A program made the position numbers and the translations under genes. Below are positions 9,816 through 22,489 of a DNA stretch of 64,000 nucleotides, piece after piece. The DNA comes from Somniosus microcephalus. Lineage: Eukaryota. Every line of letters begins with the position of its first letter. Position 1 is the first letter of the stretch. Location of the stretch: positions 35,898,001-35,962,000 of the forward strand of contig CM126233.1 of assembly GCA_052327205.1 (NCBI GenBank), written 5' to 3'. The notes below the pieces were generated by a model, which saw only the letters and a program-made list of their open reading frames with translations, searched no databases and was not told the DNA's origin.

Positions 9816-11707
9816 GTCAGCCGTGGCTCAGCGGGTAGCACTCTCGCCACTGAGACAGAAGGCTGTGGGTCAAAGCCCACTCAGTGAAACTTGAGCACAA
9901 AATCCAGGGTCACACTCCAGTGCAGTACTGAGGGAGCGCCGCACTGTCGGAGGAGCGGTACTGAGGGAGCGCCGCACTGTCGGAGGGGCAGTACTGAGGG
10001 AGCGCCGCACTGTCGGAGGGGCAGTACTGAGGGAGCGCCGCACTTTCGCAAGGGCAGTACTGAGGGAGCGCCGCACTGTCGGAGGGGCAGTACTGAGGGA
10101 GCACTGCACTGTCGGAGGGGCAGTACTGAGGGAGCGCCGCACTGTCGGAGGGGCAGTACTGAGGGAGCGCCGCACTGTCGGAGGCTCAGTACTGAGGGAT
10201 CGCCGCACTGTCGGAGGGTCAGTACTGAGGGAAACATAGAAACATAGAAGCCGGAGTAGGCCATTCGGCCCTTCGAGCCTGCTCTGCCATTCAATGAGAT
10301 CATGGCTGATCATTCAAATTCAGTACCCTGTCCCTGCCTTCTCCCCATATCCCTTGATCCCTTTAGCCTTAAGAAATATATCCAACTCTTTTTTGAATAT
10401 ATTTAATGAACTGGCCTCCACCGCCCTCTGTGGCAGAGAATTCCACAGGTTCACCACTCTCTGGGTGAAGAAATTCCTCCTCATTTCTGTCCTAAATGGC
10501 TTACCCCTTATCCTTAGACTATGACCCCTGGTTCTGGACTCCCCGGCCATCATAAACATCCTTCCTGCATCTAGTCTGTCCATGCCTGACAGAATTTTAT
10601 AGGTTTCGATGAGATCCCCTCTCAATCTTCTAAACTCCAGTGAGTATAAGCCCAATCGACACAATCTCTCCTCATACGTCATTCCTGCCATCCCAGGTAT
10701 CAGCCTGGTGAATCTTCGCTGCACTCCTTCCATGACAAGAACGTCCTTCCTCAGGTAAGGCAATCAAAACTGCACACAATACTCAAGCTGCGGTCTCACC
10801 AAGGCCCTGTACAACTGTAGCAAGCCATCCTTGTTCCTGTACTCGAACCCTCTTGCTACGAAGGCCAACATACCATTTGCCTTCTTAACTGCCTGCTGCA
10901 CCTGCATGCTTACCTTCAGCGACTGGTGCACAAGAACACCCAGGTCTCTTTGCACTTCCCCTTCTCCCAATCTATTGCCATTCAAATAATAATCTGCCTT
11001 CCTGTTTTTGCCACCAAAGTGGATAACCTCACATTTATCCACATTATAGTGTATTTGCCATGTTTCTGCCCAGTCACCCAACCTGTCCAAATCGTACTGG
11101 AGTTTCACGACATCCTCCTCACAGCTTACCCTCCCACCCAGCTTGTGCTGCACTGTCGGAGGGGCAGTACTGAGGTAGCACTGCACTGTCGGAGGGGCAG
11201 TACTGAGGGAGCGCTGCACTGTCGGAGGGGCAGTGCTGAGGGAGCGCCGCACTGTCGGAGGGGCAGTACTGAGGGAGCGCTGCACTGTCAGAGGGGCAGT
11301 ACTGAGGGAGCGCTGCACTGTCGGAGGGGCAGTACTGAGGGAGCGCTGCACTGTCGGAGGGGCAGTACTAAGGGAGCGCTGCACTGTCGGAGGGTGGCCT
11401 CTTTCAGATAAGATGTTAAACTGAGGCCCCGTCTGCTTTCTTAGGTGGATGTAGAAGATTCCACTGACACTAATTGAAGAAGAGCAGGGGAGTTCTCCCC
11501 GGTGTCTTGGTCCATATTTATCCCTCAACTAGCATCACTAAAATAAGATTATCTGCTCATTATCACATTGTGGGATCTTGCTGTGCACACATTGGCTGCC
11601 ACATTTCCTACAATAAATCAGTAAGAAAACTTCAAAACTTCAATTGGCTGTAAAGCACTTTGGGACGTCCTGTGGTTATGAAAGGCGCTATAGAAATGCA
11701 AGTCTCT
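9816..11707 (+). mobile_element. DeuSINE paralog interrupted by CR1 (unit 2: 39541-45943, further interrupted by Gypsy)
   Basis: Head at 9816 and Deu core plus tail at 11395-11707. Confidence 0.8.
10231..11144 (-). mobile_element. 5'-truncated CR1 LINE inserted in the DeuSINE 33-bp array
   Basis: CR1 ORF2 motifs in ORFs 10320..10763 and 10764..; 33-bp units flank both sides. Confidence 0.92.
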
Positions 11708-11825
11708 GCTTTTTACATAACAGGGCTGGAAGACCTTTCTATCAGCTTCACTCCAGTGTTGGGTTATACTCGGTTCTGTGGGACCAGATCTGCTGGAAAT
11801 ATGTAATGCTCTGCCTCTCCAAGCA

Positions 11826-13007
11826 TAGAAACATAGAAGATAGGAGCAGGAGTAGGCCATTCGGCCCCTCGAGCCTGTTCCGCCATTTAATGAGATCATG
11901 GCTGATCATCCAAATTCAGTACCCTGTCCCTGCCTTCTCCCCATATCCCTTGATCCCTTTAGCCTTAAGAAATATATCCAACTCCTTCTTGAATATATTT
12001 AATGAATTGGCCTCTACTGCCTTCTGTGGTAGAGAATTCCACAGGTTCACCACTCTCTGGGTGAAGAAATTCCTCCTCATCTCTGTCCTAAATGGCTTAC
12101 CCCTTATCCTTAGACTGTGACCTCTGGTTTTGGACTCCCCGACCATCGGGAACATCCTTCCAGCATCTAGTCAGTCTAGTCCTGTTAGAATTTTATAAGT
12201 TTCGATGAGATCCACTCTCATTCTTCTAAATGCCAGTGAGTACAAGCCCAATCGACCCAATCTCTCCTCATACGTCATTCCTGCCATCCCAGGTATCAGC
12301 CTGGTGAATCTTCGCTGCACTCCTTCCATGGCAAGAACATCCTTCCTCAGGTAAGGCGACCAAAACTGCACACAATACTCCAGATGTGGCCTCACCAAGG
12401 CCCTGTACAACTGCAGCAAGACATCCTTGCTCCTGTACTCAAATCCTCTCGCTATGAAGGCCAACATACCATTTGCCTTCTTAACCGCCTGCTGCACCTG
12501 CATGCTTACCTTCAGCGACTGGTACACAAGGACACCCAGGTCTCGTTGCACTTCCCCTTTTCCCAATCTATTGCCGTTCAGATAATAATCTGCCTTCCTG
12601 TTTTTGCCACCAAAGTGGATAACCTCGCATTTATCCACATTATACTGCATCTGCCATGCATCTGCCCAATCACCCAACCTGTCCAAATCATAGCGGAGTT
12701 TCTCTGCATCCTCCACACAGCACACATGCCCACCCAGCTTTGTGTCGTCTGCAAACTTGGAGATATTACATCTAGTTCCCTCGTCTAGATCATTAATATA
12801 TATTGTGAATAACCGGGGTCCTAGCACTGATCCCTGCGGTACCCCACTAGTCACTGCCTGCCACTCGGAAAAAGACCCGTTTATTCCAACTCTTTGCTTC
12901 CTGTCTGCCAACCAGTTCTCTATCCAAGTCAGTACCTTGCCCCCAATCCCATGTGCTTTAACTTTGCATGCTAATCTCTTATGCAGGACCTTATCGAAAG
13001 CCTTCTG
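11826..13007 (-). mobile_element. 5'-truncated CR1 LINE
   Basis: ORF 12171..13061 has [16 protein letters not shown] and FADDTKL; same 5' junction as 170-1343. Confidence 0.93.
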
Positions 13008-14088
13008 TGACTCCAGACCCACAGCAACGTGGTTGACTCTTAACTGCCCTCTGTGGTTCAAGAAGGCGGCTCACCACCACCTTCTCAAGGGCAATTAGGG
13101 ATGGGCAATAAATGCCAACCTTGCCAGCAATGCCCACATCCCAGGAATGAAAAAAAACCCAACCAACCTTAAAAAGGTGACATGAGGAAATACTTTTTTA
13201 CATAATGAGTGGTTAGCCTTTGGAATGCACTGCCTGATAGGGCGGTGGATACAGATTCAATTGTAACCTTCAAAAAGGAATTGGATAAATACTTGAAGGA
13301 GAAAAAATTGCAGGGAAATGGGAAAGAGCGGGGGAGTGGGACTAACTGGATTGCTCTTCGAAAGAGCCGGCATAGACTCGATGGGCCGAATGGCCTCCTT
13401 CTGTGCTGCACTATTCTATGATTCTATGATTCTGGTTGGTGATGAGGGAATGGAGTTCGTGGTCAGGGCCGAAGATGTCGGATTCAATCTTCCCAAGTTC
13501 ATCTGGAGGAGGTTAAAGCATCCCCGTCAGATAGAAAAATGCTACAGATGCTGGAAATCCGAAATTACAACAGAAAATGCTGGAAAAATTCAGCAGGCCA
13601 GGCAACATCCGTGGAGAGAGAAATAGAGTCAACGTTTCGGATCGAAACCCTTCGTCAGGACTGAAAAAACACAGGAAATGAAACAGATTAAAAGGCCAGT
13701 TTGGGGGCCGGGAAATGGTGATGAGAGAACAAAAGAGAAGCGAAGAGACATTAAGAGGTATTCAAAACCAGACGAGATGGTGATAGGACTGGTGGAGAGT
13801 GGCTGTGAAACTGAGTCTGATCAAACACGAGAAGGGAAACTGAAATCAATGGAGATGAACAAGGTTGAAGAGCCAAAGGGAGATCCCGTCGAAGAGAAGA
13901 GCAGAACTTCTTCAAGGTAGGCATTCCTAGAGGGGGTGTGGCAGTGAGCCTTTTAATCTGTTTCATTTCCTGTGTTTTTTCAGTCCTGACGAAAGGTTTC
14001 GACCTGAAACGTTGACTCTATTTCTCTCTCCACGGATGTTGCCTGGCCTGCTGAGTTTTTCCAGCATTTTCTGTTGTTATCCTCGTAA

Positions 14089-14367
14089 GATGTTGCTCTG
14101 CTCCTCCAGCTCTATAATTCTTAATTTGCCATTTTCAAAGTTGATTTTAAATATTTTTCTCCCTTTATCTTACCCGCTGAACCCATCCGTGCGGGGGAGG
14201 GCGAGTTGCTGTTTAAATCTCACTGAGCGGGGGCTTCCACCCACTGAGTGAATCAATGAGCAGGACAGTCGCTGGTGACGGGCTGCTAATATATGCAAAT
14301 CACCTGCCTGCTGGGTAATAGCAGAATGACAGAAACTGTATTTATTTCTCACACAATTATAATTATA
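14089..14367 (+). promoter_or_regulatory. Orphan U3 upstream region (DSE octamer only; truncated before PSE and U3)
   Basis: Homologous to ~1850-2130, with octamer at 14293-14300. Homology stops at AATTATA|CTAGCTGG. Unit-2 copy is ~48314-48592 (octamer 48518-48525). Confidence 0.8.
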
Positions 14368-14419
14368 CTAGCTGGAGTGCCTGGTGGTGCCGAGGCTTTT
14401 TCGAGGGCATGTTGTTGTT

Positions 14420-15151
14420 GGAAGAGAGAGAGAGAGAGCGACTGGGGGGGGAAGAGAGTGCACGACTGGGAGGGAAGAGAGCGAGCGACTGGGGGGGAAG
14501 AGAGCGCGCGACTGGGGGGGAAGAGAGCGCGCGACTGGGGGGGGTGAAGAGAACGCGCGACTGGGGGGGAAGAGAGCGCGCGACTGGGGGGGAAGAGAGA
14601 GAGTGACTGGGGGGAAGAGAGAGAGCGACTGGGGGGAAGAGAGAGAGCGACTGGGGGGAAGAGAGAGAGCGACTGGGGGGAAGAGAGAGAGCGACTGGGG
14701 GGAAGAGAGAGAGCGACTGGGGGGAAGAGAGAGAGCGACTGGGGGGAAGAGAGAGAGCGACTGGGGGGAAGAGAGAGAGCGACTGGGGGGAAGAGAGAGA
14801 GCGACTGGGGGGAAGAGAGAGAGCGACTGGGGGGAAGAGAGAGAGCGACTGGGGGAAGAGAGAGAGCGACTGGGGGGAAGAGAGAGCGCGACTGGGGGGA
14901 AGAGAGAGCGCGACTGGGGGGAAGAGAGAGAGCGACTGGGGGGGAAGAGAGAGCGACTGGGGGGGAAGAGAGAGAGCGACTGGGGGGGAAGAGAGAGAGC
15001 GACTGGGGGGAAGAGAGAGAGCGACTGGGGGGAAGAGAGAGAGCGACTGGGGGGAAGAGAGAGAGCGACTGGGGGGAAGAGAGAGAGCGACTGGGGGGGA
15101 AGAGTGAGAGCGACTGGGGGGGAAGAGTGAGAGCGACTGGGGGGGAAGAGA
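14420..15151. repeat. Purine-rich 22/23-bp minisatellite GCGACT(G)6-7AAGAGAGAGA, followed by an N gap (15152-15285)
   Basis: Directly visible; explains the spurious S/P/L-rich and G/E/R-rich ORFs. Confidence 0.97.
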
Positions 15152-15354
15152 NNNNNNNNNNNNNNNNNNNNNNNNNNNNNNNNNNNNNNNNNNNNNNNNN
15201 NNNNNNNNNNNNNNNNNNNNNNNNNNNNNNNNNNNNNNNNNNNNNNNNNNNNNNNNNNNNNNNNNNNNNNNNNNNNNNNNNNNNNGGGGGGGGAGGAGGA
15301 GGATGAACACAAAATGGCTGGAGCCAGGTGAGATCTCTCTGGTAATATGCAAAT

Positions 15355-15742
15355 AAGAACATGAGGAGCAGAAGTTGGCCATTCAAGCCTGCTCTGCCAT
15401 TCAATAAGATCGTGGCTGATCTTAGAGCTATACAGCACAGAAAGAGGCCAATCGCGCCCGCGCCGGCCATCAAGCCCTGTCTAATCTAATCCCATTTTCC
15501 AGCATTTGGTCCGTAGCCTTGTATGCTATGGCATTTCAAGTGCTCATCCAAATGCTTCTTGAATGTTGTGAGGGTTCCTGCCTCTACCACCCTTTCAGGC
15601 AGTGAGTTCCAGATTCCAACCACCCTCTGGGTGAAAAAGTTCTTCCTCAAATCCCCTCTAAACCTCCTGCCCCTTACCTTGAATCTATGCCCCCTTGTTA
15701 TTGACCCCTCTACTAAGGGAAAAAGTTCCTTTCTATCTACCC
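15355..15742 (-). mobile_element. CR1 3'-end fragments (unit 2: ~50023-50411)
   Basis: The minus strand reads FRGDLRKNFFTQRVVGIWNSLPERVVEAG. Confidence 0.75.
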
Positions 15743-16625
15743 TAGTTTACCTCACGGACGCAACAATTAAGCTCTGACTGACCCGAGGCTCTGCTTACTT
15801 AACGCCAATTAGACTTTGTGGCCTTAAAAGGACACGGGTCCACCTCCGCATAGACCGTGCATTACATTGTACAACACTGCTGTCCTCGGGATCATCCGAC
15901 TCTACCTCAAGTCCACTATCCCCATATCCCTGATTCCCTTAATATGACATACACATAAGACCCCAGTTGCAATTATGAGGTACAAATGGAGCGTGCACCA
16001 CACACCTTCCATCAATTTGTACCAGGCGGTGTGCAGCCTAACCAGGGGCTCAAAACATCCCAGAAAATGCAACTTTCTATTGATGGGGCCAAGAGGAGGA
16101 GTGGCTTCTCCTGTACCCACAAAAAAGGTCCACCCCGTTATTAAAAATAAAAAAAGTAGAGTTTTTGCTGCTCTCCTCTGCAGATTTTGACCAACTTTTG
16201 TTTGTCTTTCAGCTCCTTTAAGATTGTCCTGTAACCTAACCGTGGATCATCCGTGATGGGAAAAGTCAATCGACCTCCCTGGATCGTTTGGCCCTGTGGG
16301 AAAGATCAGTGTTCTCCTGATTCCAGTAACTCTGACTGTTAATTTTTTGGGGGGGAAGAAAGGGATCTTTGACTAGAAATTTTTCATCTGTATCACAGCA
16401 TCAATTTCTAAAGCTACAGTATTCAAAGTAATCATGTTTCAAAATATCAATATTTGATTTACACCAGGGAGGAGAAAAAAGTTATATTTTGTGACTAGAA
16501 TGCTTACAATGACAGAAACTAACATTTATTTTTACTGTGTAATAAAGGTATTTTCATCCTAAGCACTCACTGTACGGGTCTCATCAGTTTTAGTCTCATT
16601 TCCAGCTCCTGTTTTTCCCCCACAG

Positions 16626-16989
16626 TATTCTCCCAAATGTGCTCCCCCAGCTAACATGGCCGAATGATGAATGTTTTTGGAAGCTGACAACTTCTCAAAG
16701 CCAACGCCAAAAAGCAGTGGGAGCTTTTCTGAGCAAGAGCAGGATCCCCAACAATTCTCTCAGATTTGCAATGCTACAGGACACAGGCAAAGTAGAAACA
16801 CACCGACACTGCGTACCTTGGGAGACAGGCTTGGAGAAAGCGAAATTCTTCAACGCTCATCTCTCCGCACCAAAACCGAACCAGAAAGAATTCAATAGTG
16901 GCTGGGAAAAGGAAGTGTACCATGACATCCCAACACAACCAGAATTGTTCCAAATACGAACACAGAACCTAGAAGAATACACACCCTAA
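16626..16989 (+). CDS. Candidate terminal exon of an unidentified gene convergent with RCCD1 (~120 aa), copy 1
   Basis: Strong acceptor (tgtttttcccccacag|T) and an open frame to TAA in non-repetitive sequence. The frame is preserved in the paralog. No protein recognised. Confidence 0.4.
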
Positions 16990-18220
16990 TAGAACGCAAC
17001 TTTCTCGGCCCAGCTAATTGTTGCTGCTGCATTGCAGCAGATGTAAAGGAGCATGAGAGAAAGCCCCAGGAGAGGATGGTATCACCAAAGGTATGCTCAG
17101 GAAAGCACTTGGGAGACAATGGCCACGGCAGCCGAGGGTTTCACCAGCCTGTTGAGGCCGGGCTAATTCCCAAGGTGCTGGAAGCCTAATGGGAACCGTG
17201 TTCACAATGGTCCACATACCAGACAAAGATGTTAAGGATCCCAGCCTCAGGCATCACACACCATCTCTCTAATAGCAACTTGAGGACACGGATTTCAACT
17301 CAGGCCAGGGTTCAGGAGAGGATAAGGAACAGGTTTGAGGACCCATTTACTGTCAAATCTATCAAGGGGGTCTCTTGAACACTCCCTCGCTACAGAAAAG
17401 TTAAAACTTTTTAATGAAGTCAACTGAAAATTAATTTAGTTTAATTTCCACCTTATGAATATTAGGTGCTTATAAAAATGCATTTGTTATTATAAAATAC
17501 TTAATTTTAATATTGCATTAATATTTACACAATGGGGTTTGGCCAGTATGAGCTGGGAGCGCGCTACGGGAAACAGCCAAAGGCAAGGGTGGAGAGATGG
17601 ATAGTGAGGAAGGGGGGACAACAGAGTAGGAACAATGTACATGTAAAAGGAGAGCGATATGGCAGGAAATCTGGCCCATACACAATGCTTCCTGTATCAA
17701 TAGGAACTAATAATTTAACAAAGTCTCTAACTTATTGCTGTCTTTTATAAACATTTTCTGATCCTAATCATTGTGTCATTCGGTCATGCTGTTCTGATAC
17801 CAAGGCAAATTTTTATCTTTGGCAACACGGCTTTCCTCCTTTTCCTTAAAGTGCCAACTCCTGCAGCGTCAGTCCTGTGGGCACTTTAGATCCTCCGATA
17901 CTTTGCCCATGTGACCATTCTTCTCAAAAGTTAAGATGTCAGCAGACAATCCTGCCCTCATCAGGAGCTATACGTGCACAGTTTCCAACACTGGATAACA
18001 AATCAGGAGCAGGACACACAGCCCAGTTTGTCCCCTTCCTAACCCATGAGCACGCCAACTAGTGCGTTGGGTAACTCAACCTCGACTGGGAATCAAAACC
18101 AACAATCCCAGTTCCGTGTAGTATGGTTCAGCACCACACTATTACCTACGAGGCCGCTGCGCTGATTTTCCACACAATCTTAAACACCACTGAATTGACA
18201 CAACACAGTCCGTCCAAGGT

Positions 18221-18369
18221 TTAAAGTTCTTCCTGTTGTGCAAAGACAAAAGTGTTCCACGGCCCACAGACAACATCCAGGACAGAAAGGTGGTTTTGTG
18301 TGAAGTACTCAACAAGCCTTGGAAGATCAGAGCTATCGGTCTGTCCGTGGCCAAGTTGTCCATAGTTAC
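18221..18369 (-). CDS. RCCD1: RCCD1 terminal coding exon, copy 1: GNYGQLGHGQTDSSDLPRLVEYFTQNHLSVLDVVCGPWNTFVFAQQEEL*
   Basis: Matches the RCCD1 C-terminus (YGQLGH...VEYF...CGPWNT); ttttccag acceptor; TAA at 18221-18223. Confidence 0.94.
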
Positions 18370-18981
18370 CTGGAAAATATAAACAATCTGTAAAACCTAC
18401 TGTGGAAATAATATACTTAATATCCAATAACATAAATAGGAGCAGGAGTCGGCCCTTCGAGCCTGCTCCACCATTCACTAAGATCATGGCTGATCTTCAC
18501 CCCCACCTTCCCTCACTATCTCTCGAGTCCCTTAGTATTCAAAAGTCTATCGATCTCGGTCTTAAATATACTCAATGGTTTACTTGCATTCATACAGCAC
18601 CCCATCACACTGGTAGGTCTCAAGGCACTTCAACGGTTATGTAGGAAAAGACAGCCGCCATTTTACCCCAGCAGCATCCCACAAACCACACCGAGGTGAA
18701 TGACTAATTGGCCCATTTGATTTGCCGATAGTTGGTTGAAGGATCAATATGGGCCTGGACACAAGCAGAGCTGCCCAGTCTTTAAATAGGGCCGCGGCAC
18801 CGTCAATGTCTGTCGGAACAGCGAACAGGCACTCACTGGGAAAGATGGCACCTATAACACAACGCTCGCTCAGGGGCAGTCCAGGTCACGAGCTCAAACT
18901 CTCAACCTTCTAGTCCAGAGGCTACTAGCAACTCAACCAAAAAACCAACACTAAAGCTTGTTTCAATCGATGAATACTTAC

Positions 18982-19011
18982 CCCAGCCCCATGTGAAGAG
19001 CTTACCTCCCC
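18982..19011 (-). CDS. RCCD1: RCCD1 30-nt micro-exon, copy 1: (R)GGKLFTWGW(G)
   Basis: cttttccag acceptor and gtaagt donor; fills the RTGELYTWGWG segment in frame. Confidence 0.9.
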
Positions 19012-19977
19012 CTGGAAAAGAGGGAAAATAACAGGATTTAATAGTCAACACTGAAGCTGTGTCCCAAGTTACTTAGGAGCTTTCAATGAGTAGTTCTATT
19101 GTCAAAATCTATATATATAATGTGACAATTAGGCCACATTTTGCCAACTACACAACTGGATAGAAGGTCGAACGTGAGCTCAAGTTCTGAGGTTTGCTAG
19201 TGATGAAAAGACATCGAAGGCCTTAATAATCTCAATAACTAATCTCTCAACATCGTGGAAGAAATGAAATCATGATGTGATGAATGGTGTCTGATTTATG
19301 CCGTAGAAATTTCTAGACAATGTACTCAAATAACGAGACCCAGTAACTTTACTGAAATCAGTGATACTGTTCGCAACAGACGTGAGAGAAAGCGCCAGAG
19401 ATACACAGCATATCAGCGTCTGAAGATAGGTTAATGTTTCAAACATTAAGCAGGGTTTCTCGTTTCAGTAGCTGATGGACCGGTTGTGTATTTCCAGCAC
19501 TTTCGGTTTTCATTTCAAATTTTCAGTTTTCTCTCTTTTTAAGGACAGATTTTCTGCTCACTATGGATGGTGTGTGGAACTGAAATCATCTCTTATTGAC
19601 AATCTGGTAGATATGAGACAGTACTGCACTCTCACTAGGAGACCCGAATCTCAGTCGGGAATGGCATCAGGCACCTTCACAGCCAGAGTTTACCATCTCA
19701 TCTGGACAGGATGGAAGGAAACGGGGAAAAGTGGGTTAAGGAAAGCACGTTTTCTGACCAACCAACCAAGGGATGGTAGTAACAGTCCGCAGACTTCTTA
19801 ATTCACATAGATTCTTTTATCTTGTCTACTGAGGAACGCTTAAGAGATTTGGGGTGGGAGGAGACTTGGAGAGCAAAGATCTCCGACACATTCACAATCT
19901 AAGATCTCAGCTGTACAGCCAAGACCTTTCACTCCTAATGTTAAAATCCTGCATTACCACAACATTAAAATGGCTAA

Positions 19978-20535
19978 AATAACAACAGAAAATGCTGGAA
20001 AAACTCAGCAGGCCAGGCAACATCCGTGGAGAAAAAATAGAGTCAACGTTTCGGGTGAAAACCCTTTGTCAAGACTAAAGAAGCACAGGGAATGAAATAG
20101 ATTAAGAGGCCAGGCTGGGACAGAACAAAAGAGAAGAGACATTAAGAGGTATTCAAAACGAGACGAGATGGTGATAGGACTAGTGGAGACAAAAGACGGC
20201 TCTAGATTAGGTGTGAAATGCGCTGGCAGAATGGGAGACAGCTGCCATGTGGGAGAGGAAAAAAAAAGAAAGGGGGGGGGGGGAAGGGCCAAAACAAAGG
20301 TGTGGATAAAAAATATAAAGTAAAAATGTAATGGGGCCGAGGTTATGATCTGAAATTGTTGAACTCGATATTGAGTCCAGAAGGCTGTAAAGTGCCTAAT
20401 CGGAAGATGAGGTGCTGTTCCTCGAGCTTACGCTGAGCTTCACTGGAACAATGCAAGAGGCCGCGGACGGTGAGGTCCGAGTGGGAATGGGGCGGTGAAT
20501 TAAAGTGACAGGCCACCGGAAGCTCGGGGTCACTC
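19978..20535 (-). mobile_element. Penelope-like element 3' fragment (unit 2: ~54649-55203)
   Basis: The minus strand reads QRKLEEQHLIFRLGTLQPSGLNIEF, followed by the same terminal repeat. Confidence 0.75.
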
Positions 20536-20673
20536 TTACGGAATGGCTAATTTTACAACGGAACTTAGTAGTTACACTGAGAAACTATCAAAACAAAATC
20601 AGTATTGCCACAGACCAGTCCGCCATTCTCTGGAGAAACCGTTAACCGTTACTGAGCGCCTGCTGGTACGTAC

Positions 20674-20853
20674 TGGTGACGGCCGCGGTATGCCGTGACC
20701 CACAGCTGACCTTGCCGACCTCCGACTCCTCTGGTAAATCCAGCAGTGCAGGAAATGCCTGGATTGAGATGAACACGTTCAGATCGCCCGCGGCCGCTTC
20801 TTTACTGGTAGATCTCGTCACCGTGTCGCCTGCATCGCTCAGGCTCGGAGTGC
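20674..20853 (-). CDS. RCCD1: RCCD1 exon, copy 1: ...[34 protein letters not shown]
   Basis: Matches RCCD1 [14 protein letters not shown]...[11 protein letters not shown]; cacag acceptor and gtacgt donor; 180 nt. Confidence 0.92.
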
Positions 20854-22489
20854 CTGTGTGTAAAATTGAAGTTACAGTTTAAGCTCAACATTGATATGCA
20901 AACACCAGCGAACTGTGACAAGCACGGAATGTTTACTGCTGTTTAAAATAAAGTAACGGCTAACAGTAAAAGCGATGCCCACTTTATGTAACTGAACTGC
21001 ATCAAGTGAAAGCAAGTAATTGAGTAGTTTGCCGGTTCCCACTGAATCCGTCTTATTTCTACTGTGGGTCGGACTCTGCACCAACTATATGTGTGCGAGG
21101 AACACGAATGTGTAGTCACGAATAGCTTTTAACACTATTGTCCATGTGCTAATCTCTCACATGCAGTTAGTGCAAAACCAATTTTTGTAACTTTGCCATA
21201 TCGGTGGGGAAACCACATTGCTGTCCTGTACTGACCCGCTCAGAGCTCAGCCTGCCCACAGCAAGACGCTAAAGTGCCAACACAAAAGCAAATGCTGTCG
21301 GGAGCTTTTGGTCAAAGCAGAGCAAGAGAGCGACCATTCTGGGACGGTTTTGCTACTTCCAATGGCAAGAGTGTCTTGACTGCCACTGATGCTGCACTTA
21401 CTGTTGGAGGCAGCCCTGTAATATAAAGGGACATGATAGAATCTGGGTCAGCTCATACTGAAAACAGAATGAGCAGCTCGCTTAGTTAAGCAAGTAGCTG
21501 AGCCATGAAGAGCAGGAAGGTCTCGGGACCGACGTGTCGATGGAGTTGGCTAATGGAGCAGTAGTAGGGGCACTGCAATCGCTCTCAGTGTTCCTACGTT
21601 TGGGAGAGGCAGATTCTATCAAGCAACCCTTGCTGGACAGTGCATGTGTAACATGTCAGATGAGGACAGCATCAGGATCAGAGTGATGCTCCACGCAGTC
21701 AAACTGCTGAAGTGTACTGTGTAAGCTCAAGGATGATCACTCAGGTGAGGCACCAGAGGGCAACCAGTACCCGTGAAACGGTATCCCATCAAAGGTCTTT
21801 AGGAGAGGAGAGAAGAGTGATGAGAAAAGACAGTACTCTGAATGGCAATAACTAAAATGCAGTTTGTTCGCAAAGACGATTTGTTCTATGTTTCCTTGTT
21901 AATCAGGATTGCAAAGTAATGCATTGGTGGCGACCATTCCAGAATAAATTGTGTAAACCCTTTCTAAGCTGCTGTGTGATAAGGTTTTAAAGAACAGTTG
22001 CAACTAGAAGTACCAATTACAAGATACTGTTTATTTTACAATCGATCAGCAAAGTTCACATAAGACACATATACCACATTTCTGTATGTTACTTTTATAT
22101 AAGGGGCAACCTATACACAAAGTTTTCAGACTGCAGCAAGAGGATAGCACCTGAGAGAGACAGGTCATGTTAGGTAGACTGGGAGGGAAAGGGGAACATG
22201 AAACACAGTCCAAGAGGTCATATTTTCCTCCACCTATTGTTAGGGAAGAACTCACACTGACTTTATCACCAACATCGGTAGTAAAATATACCTGCTTGTG
22301 TGAGATGACTGGCTCTTCAAAACTAGTACAGTGACCTGGCCAGTCTCTGCTCTACACACAGAACAAACCTCTTTAGGTCGCACTGCACAACTGTATTTAT
22401 CTAGGGTGCAGAGTGTCAATGTAAACAGGGGATCTGTAACGCTGCAAAACCAAATCCCGAGTTCTTGTTGAAAACATTCTTACTTCTAA

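Noticed and set aside
10764-11528. 254-aa and 298-aa ORFs of SLSTAPPTVQR repeats fused to RT
   Set aside because: Chance fusion of antisense SINE array with a truncated CR1; no evidence of a gene.
15152-15285. N gap as a hiding place for the third U3 gene
   Set aside because: The equivalent interval in unit 2 is resolved and is a G/A low-complexity tract of similar length.
15347-15354. Additional octamer ATGCAAAT after the satellite
   Set aside because: Directly followed by CR1 sequence, with no PSE or snRNA at the expected distance.
16200-16330. Possible upstream exon for the plus-strand candidate exon, or a PRC1 3' exon (PRC1 neighbours RCCD1 in human)
   Set aside because: In-frame stops or incompatible phase in all frames tried; no PRC1 similarity recognised.
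17532-17750. MGFGQ ORF resembling the RCCD1 N-terminal GFGQ motif
   Set aside because: Wrong strand, downstream of the stop codon, and no further similarity.
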